Positions 17,137-26,819 of a stretch of DNA of 64,000 nucleotides are shown one piece after another; positions within the stretch are counted from its first letter, which is position 1, and each line of letters opens with the position of its first letter. The translations under genes were made by a program, and so were the position numbers. The notes under the pieces were generated by a model. The model was not told where the DNA came from. It made no database searches and worked only from the letters and a program-made list of their open reading frames with translations. The DNA lies in NCBI GenBank assembly GCA_013286575.1, contig JABDFL010000001.1:9905-73904 (forward strand). The letters run 5' to 3'. This DNA is from Candidatus Omnitrophota bacterium. Its GTDB lineage: Bacteria > Omnitrophota > Gorgyraeia > Zapsychrales > Fredricksoniimonadaceae.

Positions 17137-18410
17137 AACAATGGGACCGTGAATATATCTGGCATCCTTTTACCCAGATGAAGGATTGGGATCAGGTTGA
17201 GCCGTTGATCATTGATTCCGCCGATGGTATTTATCTCAAAGATATCGATGGAAAAATCTACATGGACGGGGTTTCATCCCTGTGGGTCAATGTCCACGGC
17301 CACGCCCAGGCGCATATCGATGCGGCGCTCAAGAAACAAATCGATAAGCTAAGCCATTCAACATTGCTGGGTTTGGCCAATACTCCGGCGATAGAATTGG
17401 CCAAACGTTTGATCGGGATTGCGCCTAAAGGATTGAAAAAAGTATTTTATTCGGACAATGGTTCGACTGCCGTTGAGATCGCCATCAAGATGGCGTATCA
17501 ATATTGGCAAAATATCGGGCAGAAAAAGAAAATCCGTCTTGTTCATTTAAGCCATTCGTATCATGGGGACACCTTGGGCTCGGTAAGTGTGGGCGGCATT
17601 GATTTATTCCATAAAGTTTATCGCAAATTAATTTTCAAAACAATCACTCTCAAAGGGCACGGATGGCAAGCCGTGGAAGAGCTGGAAGCATTGCTTAAAG
17701 CCAAAGGCGAGAGCATCGCTGCCCTGGTTGTTGAGCCATTGGTCCAGGGTGCGGCCGGCATGCGGGTATGGCCTGAAGGTGTTTTGAAGAAAATGCGTGC
17801 TTTGACCCAAAAATACAATGTCTTTCTCATCGCGGATGAAGTGGCAACAGGTTTTGGCCGTACGGGCAAGATGTTTGCCTGTGAGCATGAAGGAGTGACC
17901 CCTGATTTTTTGTGCCTGGCCAAAGGGATTACCGGCGGGTATCTGCCTTTGGCGGCGACCTTGACCACTCAAAAAGTTTTCGATGGTTTTCTTTTTGATT
18001 ACAAAGAGCAGAAAACATTTTTTCACGGGCACACCTATACCGGCAATCCATTAGCCTGTGCCGCGGCCCTGGCCAATCTTGATGTTTTTCAAAAAGAGCG
18101 TACTTTGGCCAAACTTAGCCCCAAGATAAAATTCTTGGCGAAATCGCTTAAAATGTTTTATAATCTCCCTTCTGTCGCCGAGACGCGCCAGAGGGGATTT
18201 ATGGCAGGCATAGAGCTCAAAGGCCGCCCGGAAGACCGTATAGGAGCAAAGGTCTGTCAGCAAGTACGCCGATACGGCGTCATCCTAAGGCCCTTGGGGA
18301 ATGTCATCGTCCTCATGCCGCCGCTAAGTATATCTATCGAAGAATTAGATTACTTGCTGATGGCGACGTATAGATCAATAGAAGACTGCGTGAACAAGAC
18401 GCAAGAATAA
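17118..18410 (+). CDS. bioA: Adenosylmethionine--8-amino-7-oxononanoate aminotransferase.
   Basis: 430 aa class-III aminotransferase: IWHPFTQM, DEVATGFGRTGKMFACEH, CLAKGITGGYLPL (PLP Lys). Confidence 0.85.
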   Translation: MQARRLKQWDREYIWHPFTQMKDWDQVEPLIIDSADGIYLKDIDGKIYMDGVSSLWVNVHGHAQAHIDAALKKQIDKLSHSTLLGLANTPAIELAKRLIGIAPKGLKKVFYSDNGSTAVEIAIKMAYQYWQNIGQKKKIRLVHLSHSYHGDTLGSVSVGGIDLFHKVYRKLIFKTITLKGHGWQAVEELEALLKAKGESIAALVVEPLVQGAAGMRVWPEGVLKKMRALTQKYNVFLIADEVATGFGRTGKMFACEHEGVTPDFLCLAKGITGGYLPLAATLTTQKVFDGFLFDYKEQKTFFHGHTYTGNPLACAAALANLDVFQKERTLAKLSPKIKFLAKSLKMFYNLPSVAETRQRGFMAGIELKGRPEDRIGAKVCQQVRRYGVILRPLGNVIVLMPPLSISIEELDYLLMATYRSIEDCVNKTQE

Positions 18411-18491
18411 TTTCTTCCACCCAAATGCGTGTTTTTGCTCCTAACTTATCCAGGAATCAGTAAGTAGCAATTAGCATTTGGGTGGAAGAAA
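18411..18491. repeat. 18-bp perfect inverted repeat (TTTCTTCCACCCAAATGC ... GCATTTGGGTGGAAGAAA) separated by 45 nt, between bioA and mnmA.
   Basis: Arms at 18411-18428 and 18474-18491. There is no clear T-tract. Either a long-stem terminator/attenuator or a small inverted-repeat element. Confidence 0.5.
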
Positions 18492-18521
18492 ATATTCTTG
18501 TGGCTTGTTCCGGACTATCAT

Positions 18522-19649
18522 ATGAGAAATAACAAGGACATCACAGTGTACGTCGCCATGAGCGGCGGGGTGGACTCCTCGGTGGTGGCCGGGCTTATCA
18601 AAGAGGCCGGCTATAATACTATCGGGGTGACCATGTGCTTTAACATCACGCACAATGACGGCAAGGCCTCCTGCTGCGGCATTGACGGCATTGCCGATGC
18701 CAAGCGCGCGGCAGACATCCTTGACATCCCTCATTATGTGTTTAATTTCGCCCACGATATCAACGCCTACATCATTGATAATTTTACCGACGAGTATTTA
18801 AACGGCCGGACGCCCAATCCCTGTGTGCGCTGCAACCAGCATTTGAAATTCGGCACCCTTTATCAAAAAGTCAAGGCTTTGGGTGCCGGGTATTTAGCCA
18901 CAGGCCATTACGGTAAAATAGAATTTAACGTTGAAAGAAATTGCCATGAATTAAAGAAAGCCATTGATCCCAGGAAAGACCAGTCTTATTTTTTATACAG
19001 CATGAATAAGGAAACATTGCCGTCGGTGATGTTCCCGCTGGGCGGCCTGACCAAGCCGGAGGTGCGCGCGCTTGCCCGTAAATTCGCCCTTAACACCGCC
19101 GAGAAACCCGAAAGCCAGGACATTTGTTTTGTCCCTGCCAGCGGGTATAAGAAATTTATCGAAAACCGGGTAGGGGCTGAGGCGATGACCCCGGGGCCTT
19201 TCATCGATGAAAACGGGAAGGTCATAGGTCAACATAAGGGTTTGGCAAATTACACCATCGGCCAGCGCGATAAATTGGGTTTGGCGCTGGGTTATCCGGT
19301 TTATGTTTACAAGATGGACCGCGCGGCGAATTCCGTCCATATCGGGAACCTGAGACGGCTGTATTCCGGCGGTTTGAAGGCCAGTGGCATGAATTGGGTG
19401 AGCATTGAAATTCCTCAAGAAACCATAGAAGTTAGCGCCAGAATCCGTTATAATTCTCCTGAAGTCAAAGCGTATTTAACATCGACAGATAAGGGCTCGG
19501 TCCGTGTTGAGTTTGCAGAGCCGCAGAAGTCTGTCACTCCCGGCCAATCGGTGGTTTTTTACGATGGTGAGGTGGTCCTGGGAGGCGCTGTTATCGACGA
19601 GGCCATTGCCTGTGCCGATGAAGAGTTAGCTTTGGCTGATATAAAATAA
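18522..19649 (+). CDS. mnmA: tRNA-specific 2-thiouridylase.
   Basis: ATG at 18522 (ORF track starts at the TTG at 18498). PP-loop VAMSGGVDSSV. Catalytic cysteines CVRCN and DICF. Confidence 0.85.
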   Translation: MRNNKDITVYVAMSGGVDSSVVAGLIKEAGYNTIGVTMCFNITHNDGKASCCGIDGIADAKRAADILDIPHYVFNFAHDINAYIIDNFTDEYLNGRTPNPCVRCNQHLKFGTLYQKVKALGAGYLATGHYGKIEFNVERNCHELKKAIDPRKDQSYFLYSMNKETLPSVMFPLGGLTKPEVRALARKFALNTAEKPESQDICFVPASGYKKFIENRVGAEAMTPGPFIDENGKVIGQHKGLANYTIGQRDKLGLALGYPVYVYKMDRAANSVHIGNLRRLYSGGLKASGMNWVSIEIPQETIEVSARIRYNSPEVKAYLTSTDKGSVRVEFAEPQKSVTPGQSVVFYDGEVVLGGAVIDEAIACADEELALADIK

Positions 19650-19663
19650 CAGGAGAACCATAC

Positions 19664-20335
19664 ATGAAAATTTTCTTCGGCCTGCTGGCATTATTGTTTA
19701 TTACAGCACCTTTTTCTTCCGCCCAAAATGTCAATCCCGCCCGTATCTATGAAGAGTCAAGAGGCACAGAGCCTCCGGTTGAAGGGGTGTGGCATGTCTA
19801 TGACCGCAACGGGAACTTACTGAGAGAAGAAAATTACCATAACTACAGGCTCGATGGCGAGATGAGGATTTTTTATCCTTCCGGCGCCCTAAAGGAGTTG
19901 TTATATTATTCAGATGGCTTGCGCGAGGGGGATGACAAGGCTTATTATGAGAGCGGCGGCCTGGACCACGAAGATGCTTATGAGAACAATGATCTCGAGG
20001 GGCCGAGCGTGCATTATTATGATACCGGTGAAGTTAAAAGCCGCGAGCATTATACCAATGGCAAGTTAGACGGAGAAAGAACAGTCCTTTTCAAGAGCGG
20101 GATTTTGAAACAAAGCATGTATTACGTCAATGGCTTGCTTGACGGCGTTGTTGCGACCTATACGGAAGACGGGCAGATAGTCATGGATGAACATTATATC
20201 CACGGGGTTTTAATCAGCCATAATGAATATGGCGATAAATCGGTTTATGAGTCCAAGAATGATTCTTCCAGCGGTACCGGTGCGCCTACCCCCAATAATG
20301 CGCCGGCGCCTGCAGATATGCCCACCAAATTATGA
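19664..20335 (+). CDS. Secreted MORN-repeat-variant protein (YwqK-like).
   Basis: 223 aa with a signal peptide. Repeated Y.NG.L.G......G motifs (YYDTGEVKSREHYTNGKLDGER, MYYVNGLLDGVVATYTEDG). Confidence 0.6.
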   Translation: MKIFFGLLALLFITAPFSSAQNVNPARIYEESRGTEPPVEGVWHVYDRNGNLLREENYHNYRLDGEMRIFYPSGALKELLYYSDGLREGDDKAYYESGGLDHEDAYENNDLEGPSVHYYDTGEVKSREHYTNGKLDGERTVLFKSGILKQSMYYVNGLLDGVVATYTEDGQIVMDEHYIHGVLISHNEYGDKSVYESKNDSSSGTGAPTPNNAPAPADMPTKL

Positions 20336-20370
20336 AGACCCCCTATTACTTGCTAGGCAAAGGTTGAGGA

Positions 20371-21642
20371 ATGATTACCCTTAATTCAGATTATCTTAAG
20401 GGCTTTGTATCAGCCCATGAACTTGCGGGCATTTTCCCCTCGGTGCGCCTCGCCCATGACAATTTGCATGATCATAAGGGTGCCGGATCAGAATTTACCG
20501 GCTGGCTTGATTTACCTTCCCGCATTCCGGACACATTGATCAAAGAAATTTCATCTTTAGCCGGCGAAGTGCACAAAAATTCCGACTGCATTGTCTCCAT
20601 CGGTATCGGCGGATCTTATCTGGGCATCCGAGCCACCGTTGATTTTCTGGGCGGGGGGAAATTACCGGTTTATTACGCGGGACATACCATCAGCAGTGAT
20701 TATCTGCACCAGCTTTTAGCCACCCTAAAAGACAAACGCATCACGGTGGTTGTTATTTCCAAATCCGGCACCACCACCGAGCCTGCCATTGCCTTCCGGG
20801 TGATCAAAAAGCTTTTGGAAAGCAAATACCAGGGCGAAGAATTAAAAAAGCGCATCATCTGCGTTACCGACGAGAAAAAAGGGGCCCTACGCAAGATCGC
20901 GGACAAGGAAGGATACCGCTCTTATATTATTCCCGATGATGTGGGCGGGCGTTATTCAATATTGACGCCGGTGGGCTTGGTCCCTTTGGCATTGGCGGGG
21001 ATAGATATTCAAAGTTTGGTGGACGGCGCCAGAAAAGCCCAGGCGGAATATGCCGTTTGTGATCTGGATAAAAATACCTGTTACCGTTACGCGGCCTTGC
21101 GCAATATCCTTTATGCCAAGGGCAAGAAAATTGAAGTCCTTTCTTCTTTTTATCCTAATGTTTTTTATGTGGCGGAGTGGTTCAAGCAGCTTTTTGGTGA
21201 AAGCGAAGGCAAGCAGGGCAAAGGCATTTTTCCGGCTTCCCTTATCATGTCAACAGACCTTCATTCGATGGGGCAATGGATGCAGGAGGCGGAGCGTACG
21301 GTGTTTGAGACTTTTCTTCAGATCGAAAAGCCCCATCACGATGTCATCATCCCTAAGACTGAGGAAGATTTAGACGGTTTCAATTATGTCGCGGGAAAAG
21401 GTTTTGATTTTGTGAATAAAAAAGCGTATGAGGGCACTTCTGCGGCGCATTTTGAGGGTGGAGTGCCGAACATGACCATCACTTTATGCAAAGCTGATAC
21501 CATGCATCTGGGGCATCTGTATTATTTTCTTGAAAAAGCCTGCGGCATTTCCGGGTATATCTTAGGCGTGAATCCTTTTGACCAGCCCGGGGTGGAAGCG
21601 TATAAGAAGAAGATGTTCGCGTTGCTGGGTAAAAACCAGTAG
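20371..21642 (+). CDS. pgi: Glucose-6-phosphate isomerase (short bacterial/archaeal type).
   Basis: 423 aa: VSIGIGGSYLG, VISKSGTTTE, GGRYS, GESEGK active-site block. Confidence 0.8.
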   Translation: MITLNSDYLKGFVSAHELAGIFPSVRLAHDNLHDHKGAGSEFTGWLDLPSRIPDTLIKEISSLAGEVHKNSDCIVSIGIGGSYLGIRATVDFLGGGKLPVYYAGHTISSDYLHQLLATLKDKRITVVVISKSGTTTEPAIAFRVIKKLLESKYQGEELKKRIICVTDEKKGALRKIADKEGYRSYIIPDDVGGRYSILTPVGLVPLALAGIDIQSLVDGARKAQAEYAVCDLDKNTCYRYAALRNILYAKGKKIEVLSSFYPNVFYVAEWFKQLFGESEGKQGKGIFPASLIMSTDLHSMGQWMQEAERTVFETFLQIEKPHHDVIIPKTEEDLDGFNYVAGKGFDFVNKKAYEGTSAAHFEGGVPNMTITLCKADTMHLGHLYYFLEKACGISGYILGVNPFDQPGVEAYKKKMFALLGKNQ

Positions 21643-21836
21643 CAAAATATATCGGGGCTTAAGGGCCCATAAAACGCAAAACCCACGGTCAACGCCGTAG
21701 GTTTTGTAAGGGGATAGGCCTTAGACTTGCTTTCGCTATCCGCGGGATCCTCCGTTACTTCACTTTCAGTATACTACTAATTATTTTAAAATGCAAATTT
21801 GTAAAAGTGATGCAGGTATTTATTCCACAATAGTTT

Positions 21837-23465
21837 ATGAATGAGACAAAAAATAGTTTTGAAATAGTTCTTGCCGCGCGCGGGCTTTGCAAGACCTATC
21901 CTGATTCGCAAAGCAAGGGGGTTGTCAAAGCCCTGGATCAGTTGGATTTGACTGTCCGTGAAGGAGAGATTTTAGGCATTTTAGGCCCCAATGGCGCAGG
22001 TAAGACCACATGTTTAAATACGCTGGCAACCTTATTATTGCCTGATACGGGTGAAATTGAGATTTTTGGACTGAAATCTGTCCCCAAGAATTTCAATGCC
22101 GTACGTTCCTGGATCAATATGTCTTCAGGCTATCCTAATTATGCCTTTAGCCTGACCGTTGAAGAGAATCTTAAATTTTACGGCCGGCTTTATGGATTAC
22201 GGGGAGATCCTTTACAGCGTAAGGTTGATGAGGTCACAAGCCTTTTTGAACTGCAGTCCTATGCCAAACGCCGCTTTGATGAGTTATCGTCGGGCACCAA
22301 GCAGCGTTTGTCCCTGGCTAAATCGCTCATCAATGATCCGAAGATTTTGTTTTTAGACGAGCCCACCATCGGCCTTGACCCTGATGTGTCTTTGAAAACC
22401 CGTGAAATAATCCTGGATATTTTGCGCCGGCGCCGGATGACCGTGCTTTTGACCAGCCATAACATGGCGGAAGTCGAGGCCATGTGCGAGCGGGTCGCCT
22501 TTATCCAAAAAGGACGGATCATCAAATTAGCCGCCGTGGATGAACTCAAACGCCTGCACCATACCGATGATCTGGAAAAAATATTCATCCAATTGGCACA
22601 TCAAACTAATGCGGTATCAGTGCCGGAAGAAAAATTGAGGAGGGGAACGACCAAAATCTTGCCGGTCCCCCCCAGCGGCGGTTTGCAGGCATGGCTCAAC
22701 CGCGCCCTTGCCTTTACAACCCGCAGCGGCATTTTTGCCCGGCGTAATTTATTTGTGATGACGGATGTCTTTTTCTGGCCGATGATTTCTTTGCTTTCCA
22801 TCGGGTTTATGGCCAAATTCGTCAAATTAGGCCCTCAAACGTTAGGCTTTGTGATGTCAGGGACCCTGGCCGCGGGTGTTTTGCAGATCGCCCAGCTGGA
22901 TGTCGGCTATACCGTGCTTTATGAATTATGGTCGAAAAGCTTAAAACACACCTTATTAACACCCGTCGGTGTTTCCGAAGGGGTGGCAGGGACATGGATG
23001 ATCGGCATGGTCAGGGGTTTTATCGCCTTTGTACTTTTGACATCTGCCGCCGCATGGGGTTTTGGTTTTTACCTGCCGGGGCTTTTGACCACCGCATTAT
23101 TTTTATTCGGCCTTTTTGCCTGTGCTTTTATTTTAGGCATCCTGGTTAATATCCTTATTTTGTCCTTCGGCCAAAAAGTAGAGATCACCGCCTGGATGTT
23201 TGCCCAGTTATTCATGATCCTCTGCGGCATTTATTATCCGGTGGATATGCTGCCCAAATTCTTTCAATACCTGGCATTAGGGGTCCCTATCACACATTTC
23301 CTGGAATTTTTCCGCCAGTCCTACGGCTTTAAAGCCCACACACCGTATCCGCTGCTCACCGGCTTGGCCCTGACCCTTCTCTATATAATACTTTCCCTGC
23401 GCCTTTTGGGCCACGCCTACACAAGGGCCCGTAAAAAAGGCATCATCATCCGGTTATCGGAATAG
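21837..23465 (+). CDS. ABC transporter with a fused N-terminal ATPase and C-terminal ABC-2-type permease.
   Basis: 542 aa. Walker A GPNGAGKTT, signature LSSGTKQRLSLA, Walker B ILFLDEPTIGLD. The C-terminal half has about 6 hydrophobic TM segments. Confidence 0.7.
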   Translation: MNETKNSFEIVLAARGLCKTYPDSQSKGVVKALDQLDLTVREGEILGILGPNGAGKTTCLNTLATLLLPDTGEIEIFGLKSVPKNFNAVRSWINMSSGYPNYAFSLTVEENLKFYGRLYGLRGDPLQRKVDEVTSLFELQSYAKRRFDELSSGTKQRLSLAKSLINDPKILFLDEPTIGLDPDVSLKTREIILDILRRRRMTVLLTSHNMAEVEAMCERVAFIQKGRIIKLAAVDELKRLHHTDDLEKIFIQLAHQTNAVSVPEEKLRRGTTKILPVPPSGGLQAWLNRALAFTTRSGIFARRNLFVMTDVFFWPMISLLSIGFMAKFVKLGPQTLGFVMSGTLAAGVLQIAQLDVGYTVLYELWSKSLKHTLLTPVGVSEGVAGTWMIGMVRGFIAFVLLTSAAAWGFGFYLPGLLTTALFLFGLFACAFILGILVNILILSFGQKVEITAWMFAQLFMILCGIYYPVDMLPKFFQYLALGVPITHFLEFFRQSYGFKAHTPYPLLTGLALTLLYIILSLRLLGHAYTRARKKGIIIRLSE

Positions 23466-23540
23466 ATTTCCCTTGTCGCTTTCCCTCATCCCTTATACAA
23501 TAAAGGTAATTGTTAACCCTGAATTTTTAAGGAGTCCTTT

Positions 23541-23720
23541 ATGGGTCGTTTGCCCGAAATGATTTTAATTGTATCCGTGTTCATATTGCTTTTTGGCGCG
23601 CAGAAATTGCCTGAGGTTGGTGCTGCCCTGGGGCGCGCTATCCGTGAATTCAAGAAGAACATGCGCGAGACTGAAGAAGAAATCAAAAAGCCCATCGAAT
23701 CTGAAGCAAGCCCCAAGTGA
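23541..23720 (+). CDS. tatA: Twin-arginine translocase subunit TatA/E.
   Basis: 59-aa ORF not in the track (below the 60-aa cutoff): MGRLPEMILIVSVFILLFGAQKLPEVGAALGRAIREFKK.... AGGAG RBS 6 nt upstream. Its stop overlaps the tatC GTG start. Confidence 0.75.
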   Translation: MGRLPEMILIVSVFILLFGAQKLPEVGAALGRAIREFKKNMRETEEEIKKPIESEASPK

Positions 23721-24427
23721 TCCTGGAATCTTTTTTTAAATCTTTTTTCAAGCACATCGAAGAATTGCGCTCGCGGATCATCAAATCCGCGGGCGCTTTT
23801 GTTCTGGCTTTCTGCCTTTGTTATGGTTTCATAGGCAAACTCATCCCGTATCTCATCGCCCCTGCCGGCCATTTGGTTTTTACGGCACCTGCTGATGCAT
23901 TTTCAGCCTACATGATGGTCGGGGCACTCATGGCGTTGATCATTGCCTCACCCTACATTTTTTATCAGATATGGGCTTTTATCGGCGGCGCGCTCAAACC
24001 ATCAGAGAAGAAATTCGTTCTTATTTTTGCCCCACTGTCGTTATTATTTTTTTTATCGGGAGGGGCCTTCGCGTATTTCCTGGCCGTGCCCAGGGCTTAT
24101 AAATTCCTGATGAGTTTTTCTTCGGATTATTTAGTGCCGATGGTCACGGTCAAAAATTATTTGGGATTTTTAGGCCACATGATCGTGGCTTTTGGCGTGG
24201 CTTTCGAACTTCCGCTGGTCCTGGCTTTTTTGGCAAAGATCGGCATTGCCTCACCGGAGTATTTGCGCCAAATGAGGCGCCATGCCTATATGATTATTTT
24301 GATCATCGCGGCATTATTGGCGCCGCCGGACATCATGTCCATGCTTCTCTTGGCTGTTCCGTTGATTGTGTTGTATGAGGTGGGGATTGTTTTTGTGAAG
24401 TTCTTCTACAAACATAAAACCCTCTGA
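23717..24427 (+). CDS. tatC: Twin-arginine translocase subunit TatC.
   Basis: 236 aa with 6 TM segments. N-terminal conserved FFKHIEELRSRIIKS. Confidence 0.85.
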   Translation: MILESFFKSFFKHIEELRSRIIKSAGAFVLAFCLCYGFIGKLIPYLIAPAGHLVFTAPADAFSAYMMVGALMALIIASPYIFYQIWAFIGGALKPSEKKFVLIFAPLSLLFFLSGGAFAYFLAVPRAYKFLMSFSSDYLVPMVTVKNYLGFLGHMIVAFGVAFELPLVLAFLAKIGIASPEYLRQMRRHAYMIILIIAALLAPPDIMSMLLLAVPLIVLYEVGIVFVKFFYKHKTL

Positions 24428-24473
24428 GAACATCAATCAAAGGGTTTTATGAAAATGCATGAACAAACAGCAG

Positions 24474-24521
24474 TTATTTCTTCTTAGCTGTTTTCTTTTT
24501 TGCTTTTTTCTTGGTAGCCAT
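24474..24521 (-). CDS. Candidate tiny ORF encoding the 15-aa lysine-rich peptide MATKKKAKKKTAKKK.
   Basis: ATG preceded by AAGGAG at 6-nt spacing on the minus strand, in the tatC-hemW intergenic region. Could be coincidental in an A/T-rich spacer. Confidence 0.2.
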   Translation of the reverse strand: MATKKKAKKKTAKKK

Positions 24522-24608
24522 GTGTAGCTCCTTTCTTAAAGATTGATTTGTTAATAAGATATTACCATTAAATTCTTTATATGCAAAAATTTTTTTTATA
24601 AATTTTTT

Positions 24609-25694
24609 ATGGGACCTTCATCATTATATATCCATATTCCATTCTGCATCCGCAAATGCCTGTTCTGTTCATTCGTCATTGCCGTGGGGCAGGAACACCG
24701 ACGGGAAGAATATGTAAATGCCCTCGTTAATGAAATGAAGGGCCATGAGGGCAAGCGCATCAAAACAATTTATTTTGGCGGCGGCACGCCCAGCATGTTG
24801 GATGAAAGCCACCTTGATGTTTTAATGAAGGCCATCAGGAATAATTTTACATTTCCAAACGGCATTGAGATCACCCTTGAAGCAAATCCTGAAAGCATCA
24901 ACCGCGCGAAAGCGGAATTTTTGAAGGCCCGGGGATTCAATCGCATCAGCCTTGGCGTGCAATCCCTTAATGACCGGTATTTAAAATTTTTAGGAAGAGG
25001 ACACAGCGCCTCCATGGCCCGGGATGCTTATCGCATTTTGCGCGAAGCGGGTTTTACCAACATCAACCTGGATCTGATGTACGCATTTGCGGGCCAGACA
25101 AAAGAGGAATTGGAACAAGACGTGCGCGCCATTTCGGCTATGGGCAGTGAGCATTTGTCTTTGTACACCCTGACCATTGAGCCCAACAGCCGTTTTCATG
25201 CCGTACAGATGAAATTGGATGATGATGAAAAACTGGCAGGGCAGTACCTGTTGACCGCGCGTATTTTAAACGGGGCAGGTTTTAAGCAATATGAGGTCAG
25301 TAATTTTGCCAAGCCGGGATTTGAATCTGTACACAACAGGAATTACTGGCAGGGAAACCCCTACATCGGTTTGGGGGTGGGCGCTCACGGGTTTAGCGGC
25401 CAGCGGCGTTACTGGAACACTTCCAATTTACAGGACTATATAAAAAGGGCTGGCCGCGGGGATTTGGTCATGGAGGGCCTGGAAGAGCTCACAAATTCTC
25501 AGCTGACGATGGAAAAAATATTGTTTGGTTTAAGGATGAACGAAGGTGTCCCCTGGAATATAGTGCCTTCGTTCAAGCATGCGAAGATCCGGGCCTGGAT
25601 CAGGGATGGTTTTTTATTGCTTGAGGATGGGTATTTAAAAACCACTGATCGCGGCCGCCTGGTCCTGGATGAATTATCCAGCCGTTTGATATGA
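24609..25694 (+). CDS. hemW: Radical SAM heme chaperone HemW (coproporphyrinogen-III-oxidase-like).
   Basis: 361 aa: CxxxCxFC cluster (PFCIRKCLFCSFV), IYFGGGTPS. Confidence 0.8.
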   Translation: MGPSSLYIHIPFCIRKCLFCSFVIAVGQEHRREEYVNALVNEMKGHEGKRIKTIYFGGGTPSMLDESHLDVLMKAIRNNFTFPNGIEITLEANPESINRAKAEFLKARGFNRISLGVQSLNDRYLKFLGRGHSASMARDAYRILREAGFTNINLDLMYAFAGQTKEELEQDVRAISAMGSEHLSLYTLTIEPNSRFHAVQMKLDDDEKLAGQYLLTARILNGAGFKQYEVSNFAKPGFESVHNRNYWQGNPYIGLGVGAHGFSGQRRYWNTSNLQDYIKRAGRGDLVMEGLEELTNSQLTMEKILFGLRMNEGVPWNIVPSFKHAKIRAWIRDGFLLLEDGYLKTTDRGRLVLDELSSRLI

Positions 25695-26756
25695 TGCGGA
25701 TATACGTTCTGAATGGCTGAAGAGTTTTAACAGGGAAGCTTCCAGCAGGCCGCGGTATTCATCATTCATGTCCAAAACATTCAGGATTTTTTGTGCTTCC
25801 TTGAGGCGTGTATGGATGGCGGCAAGCGCATAGTCCAGGCTTTTGGTTTTTACAAAAATCTTTTTAACGGTTTCCAGGTCTTTGAGGGTCTTGGTTTTTT
25901 TAGTGAAGATGTTCAGGAACTCTTTCTTAGCTTCCCCCCTCAGCACGCTGAAGGCGTGGGTCACCAGAAGCGTTTTTTTACCTTCCGCTAAATCACTAAG
26001 GATGGATTTTCCGATATTCGCTTCCGTTTCAAATATCCCTATAATATCATCCTGCACCTGAAACGCCTGGCCGATGAGAATGCCGAAGCGTGAGATCCTT
26101 TTGATTTCTTTATTTCCGGCACCGGCCAGGATGGCCCCCGTGACCATGGGGCAGTCAAAGGTGTAGCGCGCGGTTTTAAGCGTGTAATTAAGGAAGACTT
26201 CTTTTTCATCAACGTCTTCAACGGTCTTGACCCCGCTGACAGTGTCGATGAATTCCCCCATGGCGGTAAAGGCCGCGGTTTGGATAAAGTATTTCAGGGC
26301 CCGTTCTTTACGCTCGGAAGGTTCATCGATGGATAAAAACGCGTCGATGGCCAGTGCATAAACAATGTCACCGGCGATAATGCCTAAGTCAATGCCTAAT
26401 TTGCCGGGGTCCTTGGTCTTGACCGTGTGTTCCAGGATCTTGTGCATGGTAGGCTTGCCGCGGCGCAGGTCTGAACGGTCGATGATATCATCATGGATGA
26501 GCATGAAGTTATGCAAGAATTCCATGCAGGTGGACGCATTGTACAATTTGCGGGAAATTTTTTTAGAAGCGGGCGCATAGCCTTTATAGGTCAGGATTAA
26601 AAGCAGCGGCCGCAGGCGCTTGCCTTCCCGCAGGGTGAATTCGCGGATGCTTTCAAACAATAAAGGAGAGACCAGGTGCAGCTTGTAGTCTTTCTTGACA
26701 GTGTCGAGAAATTCGCCAAGGCTTCTATCGATATTTTTTCGTATTTGCTCAATCAC
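25674..26756 (-). CDS. trans-Polyprenyl diphosphate synthase (hepta/octaprenyl type).
   Basis: 360 aa: FARM LIHDDIIDRSDLRRGKPT, SARM FQVQDDIIG. Convergent with hemW; the two 3' ends overlap by about 21 nt. Confidence 0.8.
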   Translation of the reverse strand: MIEQIRKNIDRSLGEFLDTVKKDYKLHLVSPLLFESIREFTLREGKRLRPLLLILTYKGYAPASKKISRKLYNASTCMEFLHNFMLIHDDIIDRSDLRRGKPTMHKILEHTVKTKDPGKLGIDLGIIAGDIVYALAIDAFLSIDEPSERKERALKYFIQTAAFTAMGEFIDTVSGVKTVEDVDEKEVFLNYTLKTARYTFDCPMVTGAILAGAGNKEIKRISRFGILIGQAFQVQDDIIGIFETEANIGKSILSDLAEGKKTLLVTHAFSVLRGEAKKEFLNIFTKKTKTLKDLETVKKIFVKTKSLDYALAAIHTRLKEAQKILNVLDMNDEYRGLLEASLLKLFSHSERISASYQTAG

Positions 26757-26819
26757 GGCCGATAGTGTATCATATCAACGGATTTATCTCAAATATTCCT
26801 TTATAAGAAAGAGGGGCTT

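Noticed and set aside
21660-21720. Hairpin AAAACCCACGG-tcaacg-CCGTAGGTTTT after pgi, considered as a possible small RNA.
   Set aside because: It is a single stem-loop directly after a stop codon, followed by U-rich sequence. It is most simply the pgi intrinsic terminator.
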